Source: Mobula hypostoma (taxonomy: Eukaryota). From it: DNA of 64,000 nucleotides. Where the stretch lies: the NCBI RefSeq assembly GCF_963921235.1, contig NC_086097.1:136650001-136714000 (forward strand), in the 5' to 3' direction. Below the pieces are notes generated by a model that was not told the DNA's origin, did no database searches, and was given only the letters and a program-made list of their open reading frames with translations. Shown here one piece after another: positions 22,575 through 37,335 of the stretch; the first letter of the stretch is position 1; the number at the start of each line of letters is the position of its first letter. The position numbers were made by a program, and so were the translations under genes.

Positions 22575-24919
22575 CATAACGTGAAAAGAAGCGATCCCTG
22601 AGGAACACCACTTGTCACTGGCAGCCATCCAGGATAAGCCCATTTTATTCCCACTCCTTGCCTCCCGCCAATCAGCCTATCTTCTACCTATGCTAGCACT
22701 TTTCCTGTAATACCATGGGCTCTTATCTTGTTAAGCCGCCTCATGTGCAGCACCTTGTCAAAAGCCTTCCGAAAATCCAAGTAAGCAGCATCCACTGTTT
22801 CTCCCTTGTCCAAGTTGCCTGTTAATTCCTCAAATAATTCTAACAGATTTGTCAGGCGAGATTTCCCCCTAAGGAAACCATACCGACTTTGGTCTACCTT
22901 ATCATCCACCTCCAAGTACTGCAAAACCTCATCCTTAGTAATAGCCCACTGAAGTCAGGCTAACAGGCCTATAATTTCCTTTCTTTTGCCTCCCTCCCTT
23001 CTTAAAGTGTGGAGCGTTATTAGCAATTTTCCAGTCCTCTGGAACTATTCCAGAATCTAATGATTGTTGAAATATCATTACTAAAACCTCCACAATCTCT
23101 TCAGCTGCCTCTTTCAGGGGTGTAGTCCATCTGGATCAGGTGACTTACCTACTTTCAAACATTTCAGCTTCCCAAGCACCTTCTCCTTAGTAAAAGCAAC
23201 TACACCCGTTTCTGCCACCTGACACTAATCTCTGGCATACTGCTGTTGTCTTCTGTTGTGAAGACTGATGCAAAATACTTATTAAGTTCATCTGCCATTT
23301 CTTTGTCCCCCATCACTACCTCTCCAGCATCATTCTCCAGAGGCCAGTATCCAGCTCTTGCCTCTCCTTTTACTGTATATATCTGAAAAAAAACCTTTGG
23401 TATTCTTTTTGATCTTATTCGTTTGCCTACATTCATATTTCAGCTTTTCTCTCGTTATGGTTTTTTTAGTTGCCTTCTGTTGTTTTTCAAAAGCTTCCAA
23501 ATCCTCTAACTTTCCATCATATTATATGGTTCTCTTTTGTTTTTATGCTCTTTGACTTCCCTTGTCAGCCATGGTTGCCTTATCCTTCCTCCCTTTAGAA
23601 TACTACTTTACCTTTGTGATGTATTTATCCTACACCTTCCAAACTGCCATTACTGTTCTGCTGTCATCCCTGCTTAGTGACCCCTTCCGATCAACTTTGA
23701 CCAGCTCCTCTTTCATGCCTCTGTATTTCCCTTTGCTCCACTGCAATACCAATACATCTGATTTATCTTCTCCCTCTCAAACTCCAGGATGAATTCGATT
23801 ATGATCACTGTCTCCCAAAGTTTCCTTTACCTTAAGCTCCCTAATCAAATCTGGTTCATTACAGAACACCCAATCCAGATCTCCCTTTCTCCTAGTGGCC
23901 TCAACAGCAAGTTGCTCTAAGAGGCATCTCACAGGCATTCTATAAATTCCCTCTCTTAGGATCCGGCATCAACCTGATTTTCCCAATCTACCTGCATACT
24001 GATATCACCCATGACTATTGTAGCATTCCCCTTTATCACATGCCTTTTCTATTTCCCATTGAAAGTAATATCTCACAAACTTGCTACTAAATTCGGATGC
24101 CTGTATCTTAGTTCCATCAAGATCTTTTTACCCTTGTAATTTCTTAACTCTACCCACCAGAAATCTACATCTTCAGATCCTATTTACGCATCTTATTGTA
24201 GTATGTGGGAACTTGCTTAGCATACATTGTTTACAATGTACAACTCTTCATAAAATAAGAGTACTGGATTATCACTAAAACACTTGGTTAAAAAGTCAGG
24301 GTCATGAATGTTGCTACACAATGCAGGCTATTTTAGTATTAACCAACCATTGGTCAGAAACTGCTCCAGTAATTACCATACTCATAAAGTTCTATCAAAC
24401 AAAATAACTTGAAGATTTCTTACCCCATTCTATTTGTGCTATATCCACCCCAAGTTTAGTGCCTTCAGTTTTGATCTAACCCTTCAGTTATAACCCGGGG
24501 GGTGGGGGGTGGGGACTGGTTAGAATGCAATGCAGATTACTTTATCATTTCAACAGTGGTCTGATTGCCCAAGAACATTGTTTTCACACTGCGTTTAAAA
24601 AATAGACAAGCTCTGATGAGCCAGCATTTGCAATAAATAAAGTTGGCAAGAGTTGGGTGGAGGCCAATCTGTTTTTAGTATCTTTGCTGCATAAACATTC
24701 TGCACCTCTTATCCATGAAGCTTTAATAGTGGTGAGGTTCTGAAAATCTCCAAACAAGCCACATATTTTTAGACTCTTGCTACCCTTTAGTTTAGTCAGC
24801 ACTTTTTTGTTTGGGGGGGGGGATCTAAAGATGTTATTTCTGATGATTCAAGCCACACTGTTTTGCTCCTTTTCTCTAAGTAATGGTGGAAATCAAAGAC
24901 CAGTCTAATTAATTAGTCG

Positions 24920-25125
24920 TTATCATCATCACTATGTGCTCTGTCATATTACGTAGGCGATCATGGCCTTTGAACATGATTCTTCCTGGCAAGTTTTTCC
25001 ACAGAAGTAATTTGCCAATGCCTTCTTCTGGCCAGTGTCTTTACAAGTTGGTTAACTCCAGCCATCATCAATACTCCTAAGAGGTTGTCTGCCTGGTGTC
25101 AGTGGTCGCATAACCTTGTGATACG
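24920..25125 (-). mobile_element. SINE-like repeat with (ATG)n tail
   Basis: catcatcac tail and gaagtaatttgccaatgccttc segment resembling RTE-related SINEs; recognised by eye only. Confidence 0.4.
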
Positions 25126-25949
25126 TAAGCATTAATTGGTATTTTACAAATGAATCGTATTATTTATAAAATGTATATTTCAACATGTACTTTTGATAAT
25201 ACATAGACTTCTCTTGGCTGTCATTATTCCTACTTAGGTCAGCTTCAGTTGTCATGGGTGGACTGAAGATTGAAATTGAGTAACTGTTTTCCACCAAGTA
25301 CTTGCAAACTAATGTGTCCCTGTTAATCCGAGGAGCTAGGAAGAGGCCTTTTGATACGTTTATGTAGCTGATGAGAGAACCAAATCTGTGCATCAGCTTT
25401 TGCCCTGTGTTTATCTTTACAAAAATCTACCAAATATTATTCTGTGGATATTTTGGATGTGAGGGAGGAGGCCAGGTGGGTGGGAAATGAAGGTAGTTAA
25501 GATAAGTGCTGCATAATTGTACCTCACTGTTTGCTGCTATATTTAGATCCAATTGTTCTCTGATGCAAGAACAACAACACAATTGGTACAGTACCAACTA
25601 AATCATAGACTGCATGCATATATAACAACTAGTATTTGTACAAGTGATACTAATGCAAAATGTTGCAAGGCACAATATAAACAAAACTTGATACAGGACC
25701 ACAAAGGAACAGTAAACAGGATTAAGACTGGGAAATGTTTCAAATCAAGAAAATATGATTCAATGTGTTAAATATAATTTAATATGATTCAAACTGCCCA
25801 GTACTGCATACAGAAATTCAAACAAAACATCATAGTTAGGTGAATAAATCATATTGTACTACTTTTCTTAATTCAGAATGCATAGTGGATGAAGTGGTAA
25901 TGTAATTTATATCTACCTCTTATAGAAATACATTACCTTCACACAACTC

Positions 25950-26845
25950 TGCCCCTTAAGTACTCCTTTACTCCCTGTATACCCATGACTGTATCTCCAC
26001 CCACAGCTCCAATCTGCTAATTAAATTTGCCAATGACACTACATTGATAGGCTTTATCTCAAACAATAACTAGGTGACCTACAGGGAAGAAGTCATCTCT
26101 CTGACACAGTGGGGTCAAGAAAATGACCTCTCCCTCAATGTCACAAAAACAAAGGAGCTGGTTGTGGATTACAGGAGGAATGGAGAGGGGCTAAACCCTA
26201 TTGACATCAATGGATCAGGGGTAGAGACAGTAAACAACTTCCAGTTCCTTGGCATCCACAACACCGAGGACCTCATGTGGTCTGTACATACCGGATGTGT
26301 GGTGAAAAAGGCACAACAGCGCCTCTTTCGCCTCAGATGGTTGAGTAAGTTTGGTATGGGCCAATCCTAAGAACTTTCTACAGGGGCACAATTGAGAGCA
26401 TCCTGACTGGCTGCATCACTGCCTGGTAACTGTACCTCCCTTAATCCCAGGACTCTGCAGAGAGTGGTGAGGACAGCCCAGCACATCTCTAGTTGTGAAC
26501 TTCCAATGATTCACAGCATTTACAATGACAGGTGTGTAAAAAGGGCCCATAGGATCATTGGGGACCCAAACCATCCCAACCACAATCTATTCCAGCTGCT
26601 ACCATCCGGGAAATGGTACCCCAGCATAAAGGCCAGGACCAACAGGCTCCGGGACAGCTTCTTCCACCAGGCCATCAGACTGATGAACTCACACTGATTT
26701 GAGTGTATTCTATGTTGCATTGACTGTTCTGTTTATTATAAATTACTATGATTGCACATTACACATTTAGATGGAGACGTAACGTAAAGATTTTTACTCA
26801 TGTATGTAAAGGATGTAAGAAATAAAGTCAATTCAATTCAATTCA
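25950..26845 (+). mobile_element. Rex1 LINE 3' fragment
   Basis: Same family as 1612-3388; RLRDSFFHQAIRL; (TCAAT)n tail at 26828-26845. Confidence 0.9.
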
Positions 26846-27615
26846 ACAGGGGGTATTTAACCTATTTCACATTTGGTAATAAGCAGATACAAGCATTGCA
26901 GATGCACTTTAAGATATAAACCTCTAAAAACTATAAGATAATTATTTACAAGAGAAACATAATGACTTGAAGGCCTTTTGTTGTACAAATCACCTTACCT
27001 TCACAACAACTTGTAATTTTAAAATGATCACATTTAGAACATCATTTTCATATTGGAAGCCTGAGTAGTTCAGTGTTTAAATGTGCTGTGACAATTCAAT
27101 ACATCGAACCCAACAGCTGAAAATTCCGGTCACTACAATTCTTACGTTGATGACAAAGGATTTTATTAGATTTTATAGTATTATCCAAACTGATTTATCT
27201 TAAATCAGCAACCCTTTACATGCTGTAATATAAACACTCACTAAGCCACGGGGAGCACGTATGTGTAAGGAAAAACTGTTTGATACTTCAATCACTTTGG
27301 AGTCAATGAAGTATCACAAGATTTATCCCTGCGGTGAGAGCCCACTCTCTGAGAGTTCAATCCACTAGAGTTTAGAAGAATGTGAGGTGACTTCACTGAG
27401 ACATGAGGTTCCAAGGGTCGTTTGTCAGAGCAGATTGTGGGAGGTTAGAATCGCAGACAGATAAAGAGAAACAGTGGTCCAGCCCACCAAGTATGTTCCA
27501 AGCATTGAATACCCATTTACACTAAGCAAGCCTACATTAATATTATTCTCCCCACATTCCCATTAACTCCCTCCCCCCAAGAATCTATTACTCACCTACT
27601 CACTGGGGGCAAGTT

Positions 27616-28178
27616 ACACTTTTTGGCTGCTTAATTAGGTACACCTGCTCATTAATGCAACTATCTAATCAGCCAATCATGAGGCAGCACCTCAATGAAT
27701 AAAAGCATGCAGACATGGTCAAGAGATTCAGTTGTTGTTCAGATTAAGCATCAGAATGGGGAAGAAATGTGACCTAAGTGACTTTGACCATGGAATCATC
27801 GTTGGTGCCAAATGGGGTAGTTTGAGTATTTCAGAAACTACTGATTTCCTCATATTTCATGCACAGCAGTCTCTAGAGTTTTTAGAGAATGATGCGAAAA
27901 ACAAAAAGAATCATCCAGTGAATGGCAGTTCTGTGCTCAAAAATGCTTTGCTAATGAGAGAGGTCAGAGGAGAATGGCCAGACTGGTTCAAGCTGACAGG
28001 AAGGTGACAGTAACTCTAATAACCACACATTACAACAGTGGTGTGCAGAAGGGCATCTCTGAACGCACATGTCAAACCTTGAAGTGGATGGGCTACAGCA
28101 ACAGAAGACCACGACCATACACTTAGTGGCTACTTTATAAGGTACAGGAGGTAGCTGATAGAGTGGACACTGAGTGTA
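27616..28178 (+). mobile_element. Tc1-derived non-autonomous element inserted in a SINE
   Basis: MGKKCDLSDFDHGIIVGAKWGSLSISET (Tc1 N-terminal HTH); degenerate TIR ending gtggacactgagtgta; SINE sequence flanks both sides. Confidence 0.7.
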
Positions 28179-28647
28179 AAGCAGCTAATTAGCCGACCAA
28201 CTTGTATGTCTTTGGGACATGGAGGAAACCAGTGTCCCCAGTGGAAATGCAGTCACGAAGGAAACATGCAAATCCCATACCGACAATACCCAAGGTCAGA
28301 ATTGAACCTAAGCCTCCGGCTCTGCAAAGCAGCGCTCTAGTAGCTGTGTCGCTGTTATCACTTGATTCAAGTATTTTCAACAATGATAGTAGCAGATTTT
28401 TTTTTAGATCAGAAAATATGATAATTAGGCAGGTAAGTGGATAATGTACAGAAACATGTTATACTTTGAACAACAGAGCAAACTCAAAGGGGCTATGACC
28501 TACTCTGCTAATTTTATTCCTTCTCAATTGCAAAATTCTACATTTTTTTCACTGCTAGAAAAGAACTTGCTATCACGCACTTTCAACAAACTATAGGTAG
28601 CTATTATAACTTTGGTAACCTTGTAAAGCAACTATAGCTCAATGTAA

Positions 28648-31600
28648 GATTCAAGATAGTTTAATGTCCTTCCTTGTAATGTCATTTCATTCTTTTAAGA
28701 ATGAAATAATCCAGATTAGCACTAAAAAAAAAGATAATGAACACAATGATAATAGCAAAAATATCACAGAATAAATTGAAACACATAAAATAGCTTATAT
28801 ACATAAATTGATTGACTGTATGTCCATAAAGTAACGTTAGGCTGTAAAAAAGGCAAGGCAGTGGATGTTGTCTACGTGGACCTTAGTAAGGCATAGTCAA
28901 GAAGGTTCGGTCACTCGGCATTCAGGACAAGATAGTAAATTGGATTAGACATGGCTTTGTGGGAGAAGCCAGAGAGTGGTAGTAGAGGGTTGCCTCTCTG
29001 ACTGGAGGCTTGTGACTAGTGGTGTGCCACAGGGGTTGGTGCTGGGTCCTTTGTTGTTTGTCATCTATATCAACAATCTAGATGATAATGTGGTTAACTT
29101 GATCAGCAAGGTTGCAGAGGACACTAAGATTGGGGGTGTAGTGGACAGTGAGGAAGACTATCATGGTTTGCAGAGGGATCTGCATCAGCTGGAAAACTGG
29201 ACTGAAAATGGCAGATGGAATTTAATGCAGACGTGCGAGGTGTTGCATTTCGGTAGGACTAACCAGGGTAGGTCTTACACAGTGAATGGTAGGGCACAGA
29301 GGAGTGCGGTAGAAGAAAGAAATCAGGGAATACAGATCCATAATTCTTTAAAAGTGGCGTCACAGGTAGATAGAGTCCTAAAGAAAGCTTTTGGCACATG
29401 GGCCTTCATAAATCAATGTACTGAGTACAAAAGATGAGATGTTATGTTGAAGTTGTATAATATGTTGAAAAGGCCTAATGTGGAGTGTTGTGTTCAGTTT
29501 TGGTCACTTATCTACAGGAAAGGTGTAAGCAAGGCTGAAAGAGTGCAGACAAAATTTACAAGGATGTTGCCGGGTCTGGAGGACCTAAGTCATGAGGAAA
29601 GATTGAATAGGTTAGGACTGTATTCTTTAGAATGTAGAAGATTGGCGAGAAGATTTGATAGAGGTATACAAGATTATGAGGGGTATAGATAGGGTAAACG
29701 CGAACAGGCTTTTTCCACTGAGGTTGGGTGGGACTACAGCCAGAGGTCATGGCTTAAAGGTGAAAGGTGAGAAGTTTAAGAGGAACATGAGAGGAAACTT
29801 CCTCACTCAGAGGGTCATAAGAGCGTAGAATGAGCTGCCAGCACAAGAGATGCATGCAAGCTCGATTTCAATGTTTAAGACAAGTTTATATAGGTACAGG
29901 ATAGTAGGGAGATGGAGGGCTATGGTCCAAAGCAATTCGTTGGGAATGGGTGGTTTAAATGGTTTCATCATGACCTAATGGGCCGATGGGCCTGTTTCTG
30001 TACTGTACTTTTCCATGACTATGAAGTGGCTGACAGAAGATAATAAAATAGTGGAGGAGTTAGAAGGTGGGAGGTGTTGATCAGCCTTGCTGCTTGGGGA
30101 AAGTAACTGCTCTTTGGTCTGATGTTCCTGGTATGGATGCTGCACAGCCTCCTCCCTAATAAGAGTGGGACAACCAGTCCGTGAGAGAGTGTGTGGGATC
30201 CTTCATGATGTTACTGGCCCTTTCCCGGCACCTTTCTGTATACATATCCTTGGTGGCGGGTAGGCTGGAGCCAGTGATGCATTGGGTAGATTTGACTACC
30301 CGTGTTCGAGACTTCCTGTCCATCGCAGTGCTGTTTCTGCTCCAAGCTGTAATGCAGCTTGTTAGGATGCTCTCTTAAGCCTCCGCAGAAAGCAGAGGCA
30401 TTAGTGAGCTTTCTCAACTGTGTCGCATGTGTTCTGGGACCATCAGAGCCTGTGTGTGACGTGGACTCCTAGGAGTCTGAAACTAGCTGCAGCTTCCACT
30501 GCTGTGCTGCCGATGCAAAGGGGGGTGTGAGTGTTGTGAGTTCTCCTGAAGTTGATAACTATCTCCTCTGTCTTGTTGGCATTAAGGAAGAGGTTATTTG
30601 CCTGGAGCTCATCCACTTCCTCTCTGCAGTTCATCTCATCTCTTTGATGATGAGCCTCCCCACTGTTGTGTCATCGGCTAACTTGACGATGTGATTGCTT
30701 GGGTGTTTGGCCGTGCAGTCATGTGTGAGCAGGAGGGTCAACAAACAGCCCAGGGTGGGGGGTGGGGGGGAGGCACCCATATTGAGGACGATGAGAAGGA
30801 AGGAGCGGTTGTGCATCCTGACTATCTGAGGTCTGTTTGTTAATTAGTCCAACACCCAGATGCACAGTGTTGTATTTAGACTGAGGAGTAGGAGTTTGTT
30901 CACTAAGGTCTACGGCATGTCATAGAGCAGCTCTGTCGATGAGCATATTAGCAAGTGTCCAATATACCAGGAATGGAGATTTGGTATCAGCCATTATCAG
31001 CCATTCAAAGCATTTCATGCTGATTGATGTCAGTGCTGCTCGACAGTGGTCGTTTAGTTCTGAAAGTGTAGAGTTCTTTGGTACAGAATTGATGGTGGCT
31101 GATTTGAAGCATGTGGGGACAGCAGCCTGGATGAGTGAAGTGTTGAAGATGTCCATGAAGACATCAGTGAGCTGGTGTGCACTTTCCCCCGAGTACCACC
31201 CTGGGACGTTGTCTTACCTGGCCGCCTTATGCGGGTTTACTCTCTGCAGGGTCCTTCATGTCCACTGCTGTTACAGACAGTGCGGCTGCTTACCTGGGAG
31301 AGGGACAGCTTTCATGGCCAGCACTGTATTACATGCCTCTAAGTATGAATAAAGTTGCCTGGAGCTTTGGGGAGGGAGGTGTCACTGGTACAGCCGACAA
31401 TGTTTTTCCTTGTGTAGTCAGTAATGCCCTTGATGCCCAGTCACATAAGCCGGGTATCATTATCAGACAGGTGTTCCTGAATGAAGCCGAAAATGAGGCT
31501 TTCCCTGGCAGCTCTGAGCTGTTCTATCACTGGACTTGAAGGCAGCATCCTGGGATTTCAGTAGGGAGTGTACTGCGGGATTCAGCCATAGCTTCTGGTT

Positions 31601-32100
31601 GGGCTGTGAGAGGTACCAACGTCATCTACACACTGGCGTAGCTGATGACAGATGAGGCATATTCCTCAAAGACTGTGTCTACTCTGTGGTGGTGGCCTCC
31701 TTGAACGTCTGCCAGTTGGTCTGATCAAAGCAGTCCTGAAGCATAGAGATTGCCTCATTAGGCCATCCTCGTGACTGGTTTCTCCATTTTCAGCAGCAGT
31801 CAGTATGCTACCGTTAACATTATGGAGATGTGGTCAGAGAGGCCAAGATGAGGTCAGGGAATGGCTTGGTAAATGCCGCGTCTGTTTGTATAAACATGGT
31901 CCAGTTTGTTTGTCCCCCCAGTGGCCATGGGGATGTGTTGGTGGAATCTGAGTAAGATGTGCTGAAAGTTAACATGATTGAACTGTCTACGTCCTGCGAT
32001 TATGAAGAGACTGGGCGGATGCTTGTTTCGTAGAGAGCAGATGATACTGTAAAGCTCTCCCAGTGCATTCTTGGTGTTCGTGTTCAGGGTTGTGATGTAG
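28648..32100 (-). mobile_element. Long decayed Rex1/Babar-type LINE (APE + RT), interrupted by CR1
   Basis: LFIIAG..FNH and KLDHVY (APE); ALTSISMKCFE and VKLADDTTV (RT). Confidence 0.75.
28850..30023 (+). mobile_element. CR1 LINE 3' portion
   Basis: SGVPQGLVLGPLLF, ECCVQFWS; 3'UTR ending catgactatga. Confidence 0.85.
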
Positions 32101-32624
32101 GATAAGATCTCAGAAGCAACAGTGCAAAACTCATCATTTCTATTTAAACATGCACACAACTTTGAAATTTTGTGGCTAGTTCTCCCTCCTGAACAATATC
32201 TTAAGTGGCTCTGGAAGGCAGCTCACCACCTCCTTAGTAAGGGGTGATAGGGATGGGTAATAAATGTTCACCTGCGGTAGACACACAGCAACAATTTATA
32301 GTTATCTACACTCTGGCACTATCATTATACAAGCTGACAAGGTGATTTTAAAAGAAAAGATATAGTTTATTATTATCTAAATCCAATACCTCTTCTTTCA
32401 AGGAAATTATTGTTCTGCGCTCATCCTATTTTATAAATTATTAATCTGACACTTCCATACGTGACCATAAAATTTGCAGATTAGTGCAATTTGACAGAAA
32501 TTTGAAGAATGCCTTGGAGGTTAGAGAAGCAGTCACTAAATGACTGAATGGGTAGCTAATCGAATCACAACTAAATTAACGTTCTTCCTGAAAATGAGTA
32601 AATTTTTCACAAACAATATTGGTA

Positions 32625-33960
32625 AATTTCCAGAGGACTGGAAAATTGTAAATGTTACTCCACTCTTTAACAAGGGAGGGAGGCAAATATCAGGAAACTA
32701 TAGGCCAGTTAGCCTGACTTCAGTGGTTGGTAGGATGTTGGAGTTCATTATTAAAGATGATACTTGGAGGTACATGATAAAATAGGCCAAAGTCAGCACG
32801 GTTTCCTTAAGGGGAAATCTTGCCTGACAAATCTATTGGAATTCATCGAGGAAACAGCAGGCAAGACAGACAAACGAGTCAGTGGATGCTGTTTACTTAG
32901 ATTTTCAGAAAACCTTTGACAAGGTACCATACCTAAGGCTGCTAAACAAGATACGCTTATGTATCTGAACCCATGCCCATGGTATTACAGGAAAAATACC
33001 AGCATGAATAGAGGATTGGCTGACTCGCAGGAGGCAGAGTGGGAATAAAGGGGGCCTTTTCAGGTTGCCTGCCAGTGACTAGTGGTGCTCTGTGGGAGTT
33101 GGTGTTGGGGCGGCCTCTTTTTACATTATATGTCAATGATTTAGATGACAGAATAGGCAGAGGGCCAGGTAGGGTTGAGGAGGCAGCGAGTCTGCAGAAG
33201 GACATAGGGCAGTTTAGGAGAATGGGCGAAGAAGTGGGAAATGAAATATAGCATAGGGAAGTGCATGGGCAGGCACTATGGTAAACGGAATAAAGGCATG
33301 GACTATTTTCTAAATGGGGAAATAATTCAGAAATCAGAACTGCAAAGGTTACTTGAGAGTCCTTGTACAGATTTCCTAAAAGTTAGCTTGCAGGCTAACT
33401 CAGTGATAAGGAAGGCAAATGCAATGTTAGCGTACCTTTTGAGAGGACTAAATATAAAAGCAAGGACGTAATGCTGAGCCGTATAAGGCATTGATCAGGC
33501 CACTCTTGGGAATACTGTGAACACTTTGGGCCCCTTATCTGAGAATGTCCAAAGGAGGTTCTTGAAACTGACCCCAAGAATGAAAGAGTTAACATACAAG
33601 GAGAGTTTGATAGCTCTGGGCCTGTACTCACTGTAGTTTAGAAGAATAGGGGTTGGGGGGTGAGAGATCTCATTGAAACCTATCAAACATTGTGAGGCCT
33701 AGATGGAGTGGACGAGGAGACTATATTTCCTATAATGGGTGAGTTCAGGACCAGAGGGCTCAGCCTCTGAGTAGAGAGACGCCCATTTAGAACAGAGGAG
33801 GAATTTCTTTAGCCAGTGGATGGTGAATCTATGGAATCCTTTGCCATAAATGGCTGTGGAAGCCAGGACATTGCGTATTTTTAAAGCAGATGTGAGTAGT
33901 TTCTTGGTTACCAAGGGCATCAAAGGTTATGGAGAGAAGGTAGGAGAATGTGGTTGAATC
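32625..33960 (+). mobile_element. Decayed CR1 ORF2 fragment
   Basis: PEDWKIVNVTPLF, NYRPVSLTSVVG, RKANAMLA. Confidence 0.8.
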
Positions 33961-35420
33961 CAGTTGCAAAGGTGTTAAGCTCCAGGTCTAGAGATATGGA
34001 GATGAGTTTGCTAGGAATTATAAAATTGAAGGAGCAGCTGTAGCCAATAAACAGTAGCTTAACACATGTGCCTTTTCTGTCCAAATGCTCCAGAGACATG
34101 TGTAGAGCATGGAGGTGGCATTCTCAGTAGACCTTGCTCAGTGATAAATTGCAGTGGGTTGAGATCATCTGAGAGGCTGCAGTTAAGACTTGCCTTGACC
34201 ATCTTCTCGGAGTACTTCATGACGGTGGATGTCAGAGCCACTGATTAATAGTCATTAAGGCACATCACCTTGTTTTATGCAGGTACTGGGATGATAGTGG
34301 TCTTCTTATGGCAGTTTGGAATCTCAGATTGTAACAGGAAGAGGTTAAAATGTCTGCAAGTATCCCTGCCAGCTGATCTGCACAAGTTCTAAGGACATGG
34401 TCAGGAACACCATCCAGGCCAGTTACTTGCTATAGTTTCACTCTTCAGAAGAATGACCCGACATCTGCAACAGTGACTGTAGGTTCAGGTACATTGGAGG
34501 CTGTCAGGGTGGTGGGGGTGACATTCCAATCTCCTTCAAAGTGTGTGTAGAATGCATTCAGCTTCTCTGGAATGGATGCTCGATTGTCAGCGATGCTGCT
34601 TGACTTCATTTTGTAGCCTGTGATAGAATGTAGCACTGTCACAACTGATGGCTAGTCTGGGACTGTACAGTTTACTTTGGTCTGTATTATCCTTTGGCAC
34701 CCCGATAACTTTATGGATCTTGTATCTCAATTTTCTCTAAAGGTCAGAGTCATCTGATATGAATGCTATAGTCCTAAACTACAGTTGGAAACGGATCTCT
34801 CATTTCATTCACAATTTTAAGTTTGGGAACACCTGGAGTGTCTCCTTTGGCACATTGTCCTCAATATAATTGCAGGCAAAGTCCATGATGGTGATCACAT
34901 ACTCGTCTAGGCTGAATGCTGAGTCTTTGAACATGGACCGGTCTACGGGCAAAAAGCAGTCACTTAGAAAGCCCATCTGTTTCCTCAGACCAACCTTGTG
35001 TGATGTTCTGTACCGGACCCTCCCATTTCAACTCCTACTTGTATGCAGGGAGAAAGAGCAGTCTGATGGTTTGATTTTCTGAAGTGTGGGTAATGGCTTG
35101 GTAGGCAACTTTAATGATTGTGTACCAATGGTCAAGGGTGTTTGGGCTACTGGTGGGATGGGGGACATGTGGCAGTATCTTGGTAATATACTCTTCTTGA
35201 TAGCCTGGTGGAAGTCACCAACAATGAAGATGACAACTTTAAGATATCCTGCTTCACACTTGTCTAGGATAGGATGTAGTCTCTTGTTAGGACAGCTGAA
35301 GTGAACTCCAATGGCAAGTCATATGAGGCTCATCGCCATCAAATATTCCAGGCTGGGTGAGCAGGAATTAACCAGGACCATCACATGTGAGCACCACGAG
35401 CTGTTGATTAGAAGCTGATT
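33960..35420 (-). mobile_element. Decayed Rex1-type LINE internal fragment
   Basis: ALTSTVMKY.E and LHSITGYK...LNAFY..FE motifs on -. Confidence 0.65.
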
Positions 35421-35869
35421 AATGATATGCCATTGCAGACTTCACTTCTCTGAAATCCGGTGTGCTACTTTTAGGCAATTATTCTGGAGTGAAACCTTGC
35501 ATTAATACATAAATAAAAAGTTAATAATGTAAGGAAAACTATTCTACAATGACAAAAAGACGCAGCAGCTGTCTTCATTACATCGCAATGATTATGAAGA
35601 GAGATATATTAGATGATACATGCTACAGTTGCAATGGCAATATTATGGACATTAAAAAGACAGACTGGGTGACAAGTGAAAAATCAAGAAGAAACTGAAC
35701 AAAAGCTAAGAGTCTAAGCCAATTATTAAAGTGGCAAGGATGAAGAAAATTAATAATTTAATGAGGATATACCTACAGTCATAAATGACTTGTTTGAATA
35801 TAGTTTATGAAGTGACCTAGTGGAAATGTTGAAGGTATTTGACAAGGTAGAGAAAAACTGGTTCCTTAA

Positions 35870-36445
35870 GGGTGTAATAGCTGGGGATGGTAGTGGGAAT
35901 AAGCCCCCACTATCTATTAAATCCTCCCAATAGTGTGTGGCTCAAATAGCCTCTGACAACTAAGTTCATCTCCTGCCCTTCACATGTGGTTTAGTTACTA
36001 AGCTTGGCAGAACCATTTCTACTGACAGAGAAAAGGCAAAGGTGGGTTATTGGAACCTTAAAACCAATTGCTCCAGGCAGCTGGGGCTCTTCAGCCATGG
36101 TTGGCAGCTCATCTAGAAGGAAAGCTCTGATCTCAAACCTCCATTGCCCTGTGGCTATACCCACTCATGTGGAAGGCTTAGGGAGTAAACCCCAAGGAAT
36201 AATCTGCAGCTGGAGTCTCTAATGTAGTCCTATGTTGAGTTCAACACTGACTGGCAACTCCTGTGACTGCATTGGTGTCTAACTGTATTGGTCTCTGCTG
36301 TTCCTTTGAATTCACCAGCAACGTGGAGAGGGGAAGCCTGCTACAAAGACAACAGCCTGCTCTCCATATCATACTGTCCTGGCTTGTGTATCACATAGAC
36401 AGCTGGAATGCAACATGCATGGTCGACCCTGGCCAACAGAAGGTC
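35870..36445 (+). repeat. Dispersed non-coding repeat of about 570 bp, copy 1
   Basis: Co-linear with 41012-41575 (ctattaaat..cccaa, gggagtaaacccca, ggtcgaccctg). Confidence 0.7.
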
Positions 36446-37335
36446 TCAAAGAGAAACTATTTCCTCAGACAAAGAATTGCAGAAAGGAGGGACCTAATCT
36501 TAAAATCAGAGCCAGGCTGGGTGAGGGAGAATCACTGTAGAAATCTGGATCTGGATCTTTCCGAAAAGCTACTGGAATTGAGACTCAACTAAATATTTCA
36601 GAATAGAGTTTATGGGATTTTGTTGGCCAAGTGTATTATAAATCACGGAAACTGTGTGGGAAGAAAGAATTGATAAACTGATGTAACTGAGTAGTGCAAT
36701 AGACTCAAGGAGTCAAATATCTCCTTCCTCTTGCTTAAATCTGCAGAATTATTTTCACAGGAAAGCTAACAGTTACAGAATATAACCCCAAAACAGTATT
36801 AAAAATTATGAAAACCACACAACCAAAAGGGAATTTAACTTGATGTGTAGATCTTTGACACTGACCTTTACTTGGGCTCTTGTCAGCTGCACAATATTTT
36901 CAGTATTTAGCACTTACAGGGTCTGGTACAGAAATTTTTGGAGCCTGTCACTTCCCTTAACTTTTTCAGCTGACATCTCTCAAAACTGTGTCTTAGAAAA
37001 ACAAAAACAGATTTAACAAAGAAAAGTTTAAATAAAGCAAAATCTTAAAGTAAATTCAGCCTGTGGACTTTTACTCAGATCTGAACATAGAAATACACTA
37101 AGATTGAAATTTGAGCTAAAATGAGATATAGTTCAAAGTACATTTATTATCTAAGTATGTACACATTATATAACCTTGAGATTTGTCTCTTTACAGGCAA
37201 CTACAAAACAAAGAAATCCAAAAGAACTCATTAAAAAATAGACTGTCAAACACCCAATGTGCAGAGAGAAAAAAAAATAGCGCAAAGAATAAAAGTAAGC
37301 AAATAGCATTCAGAACCAAAGTGAGTCCAAAGACA

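Larger units (their letters stand above)
18912..24190 (-). mobile_element. Older CR1 LINE pieces split by Penelope and Tc1 insertions
   Basis: RRNFFSQRV, KFADN and YLDFRKAFDKV motifs in order on -; continuity across the Tc1 (ttgacata|..taacgtgaaaag). Confidence 0.75.

Noticed and set aside
24280..25950. Additional host gene between SNTB1 and MTBP
   Set aside because: Mostly unique AT-rich sequence, but no ORF with recognisable homology or consistent splice structure was seen.
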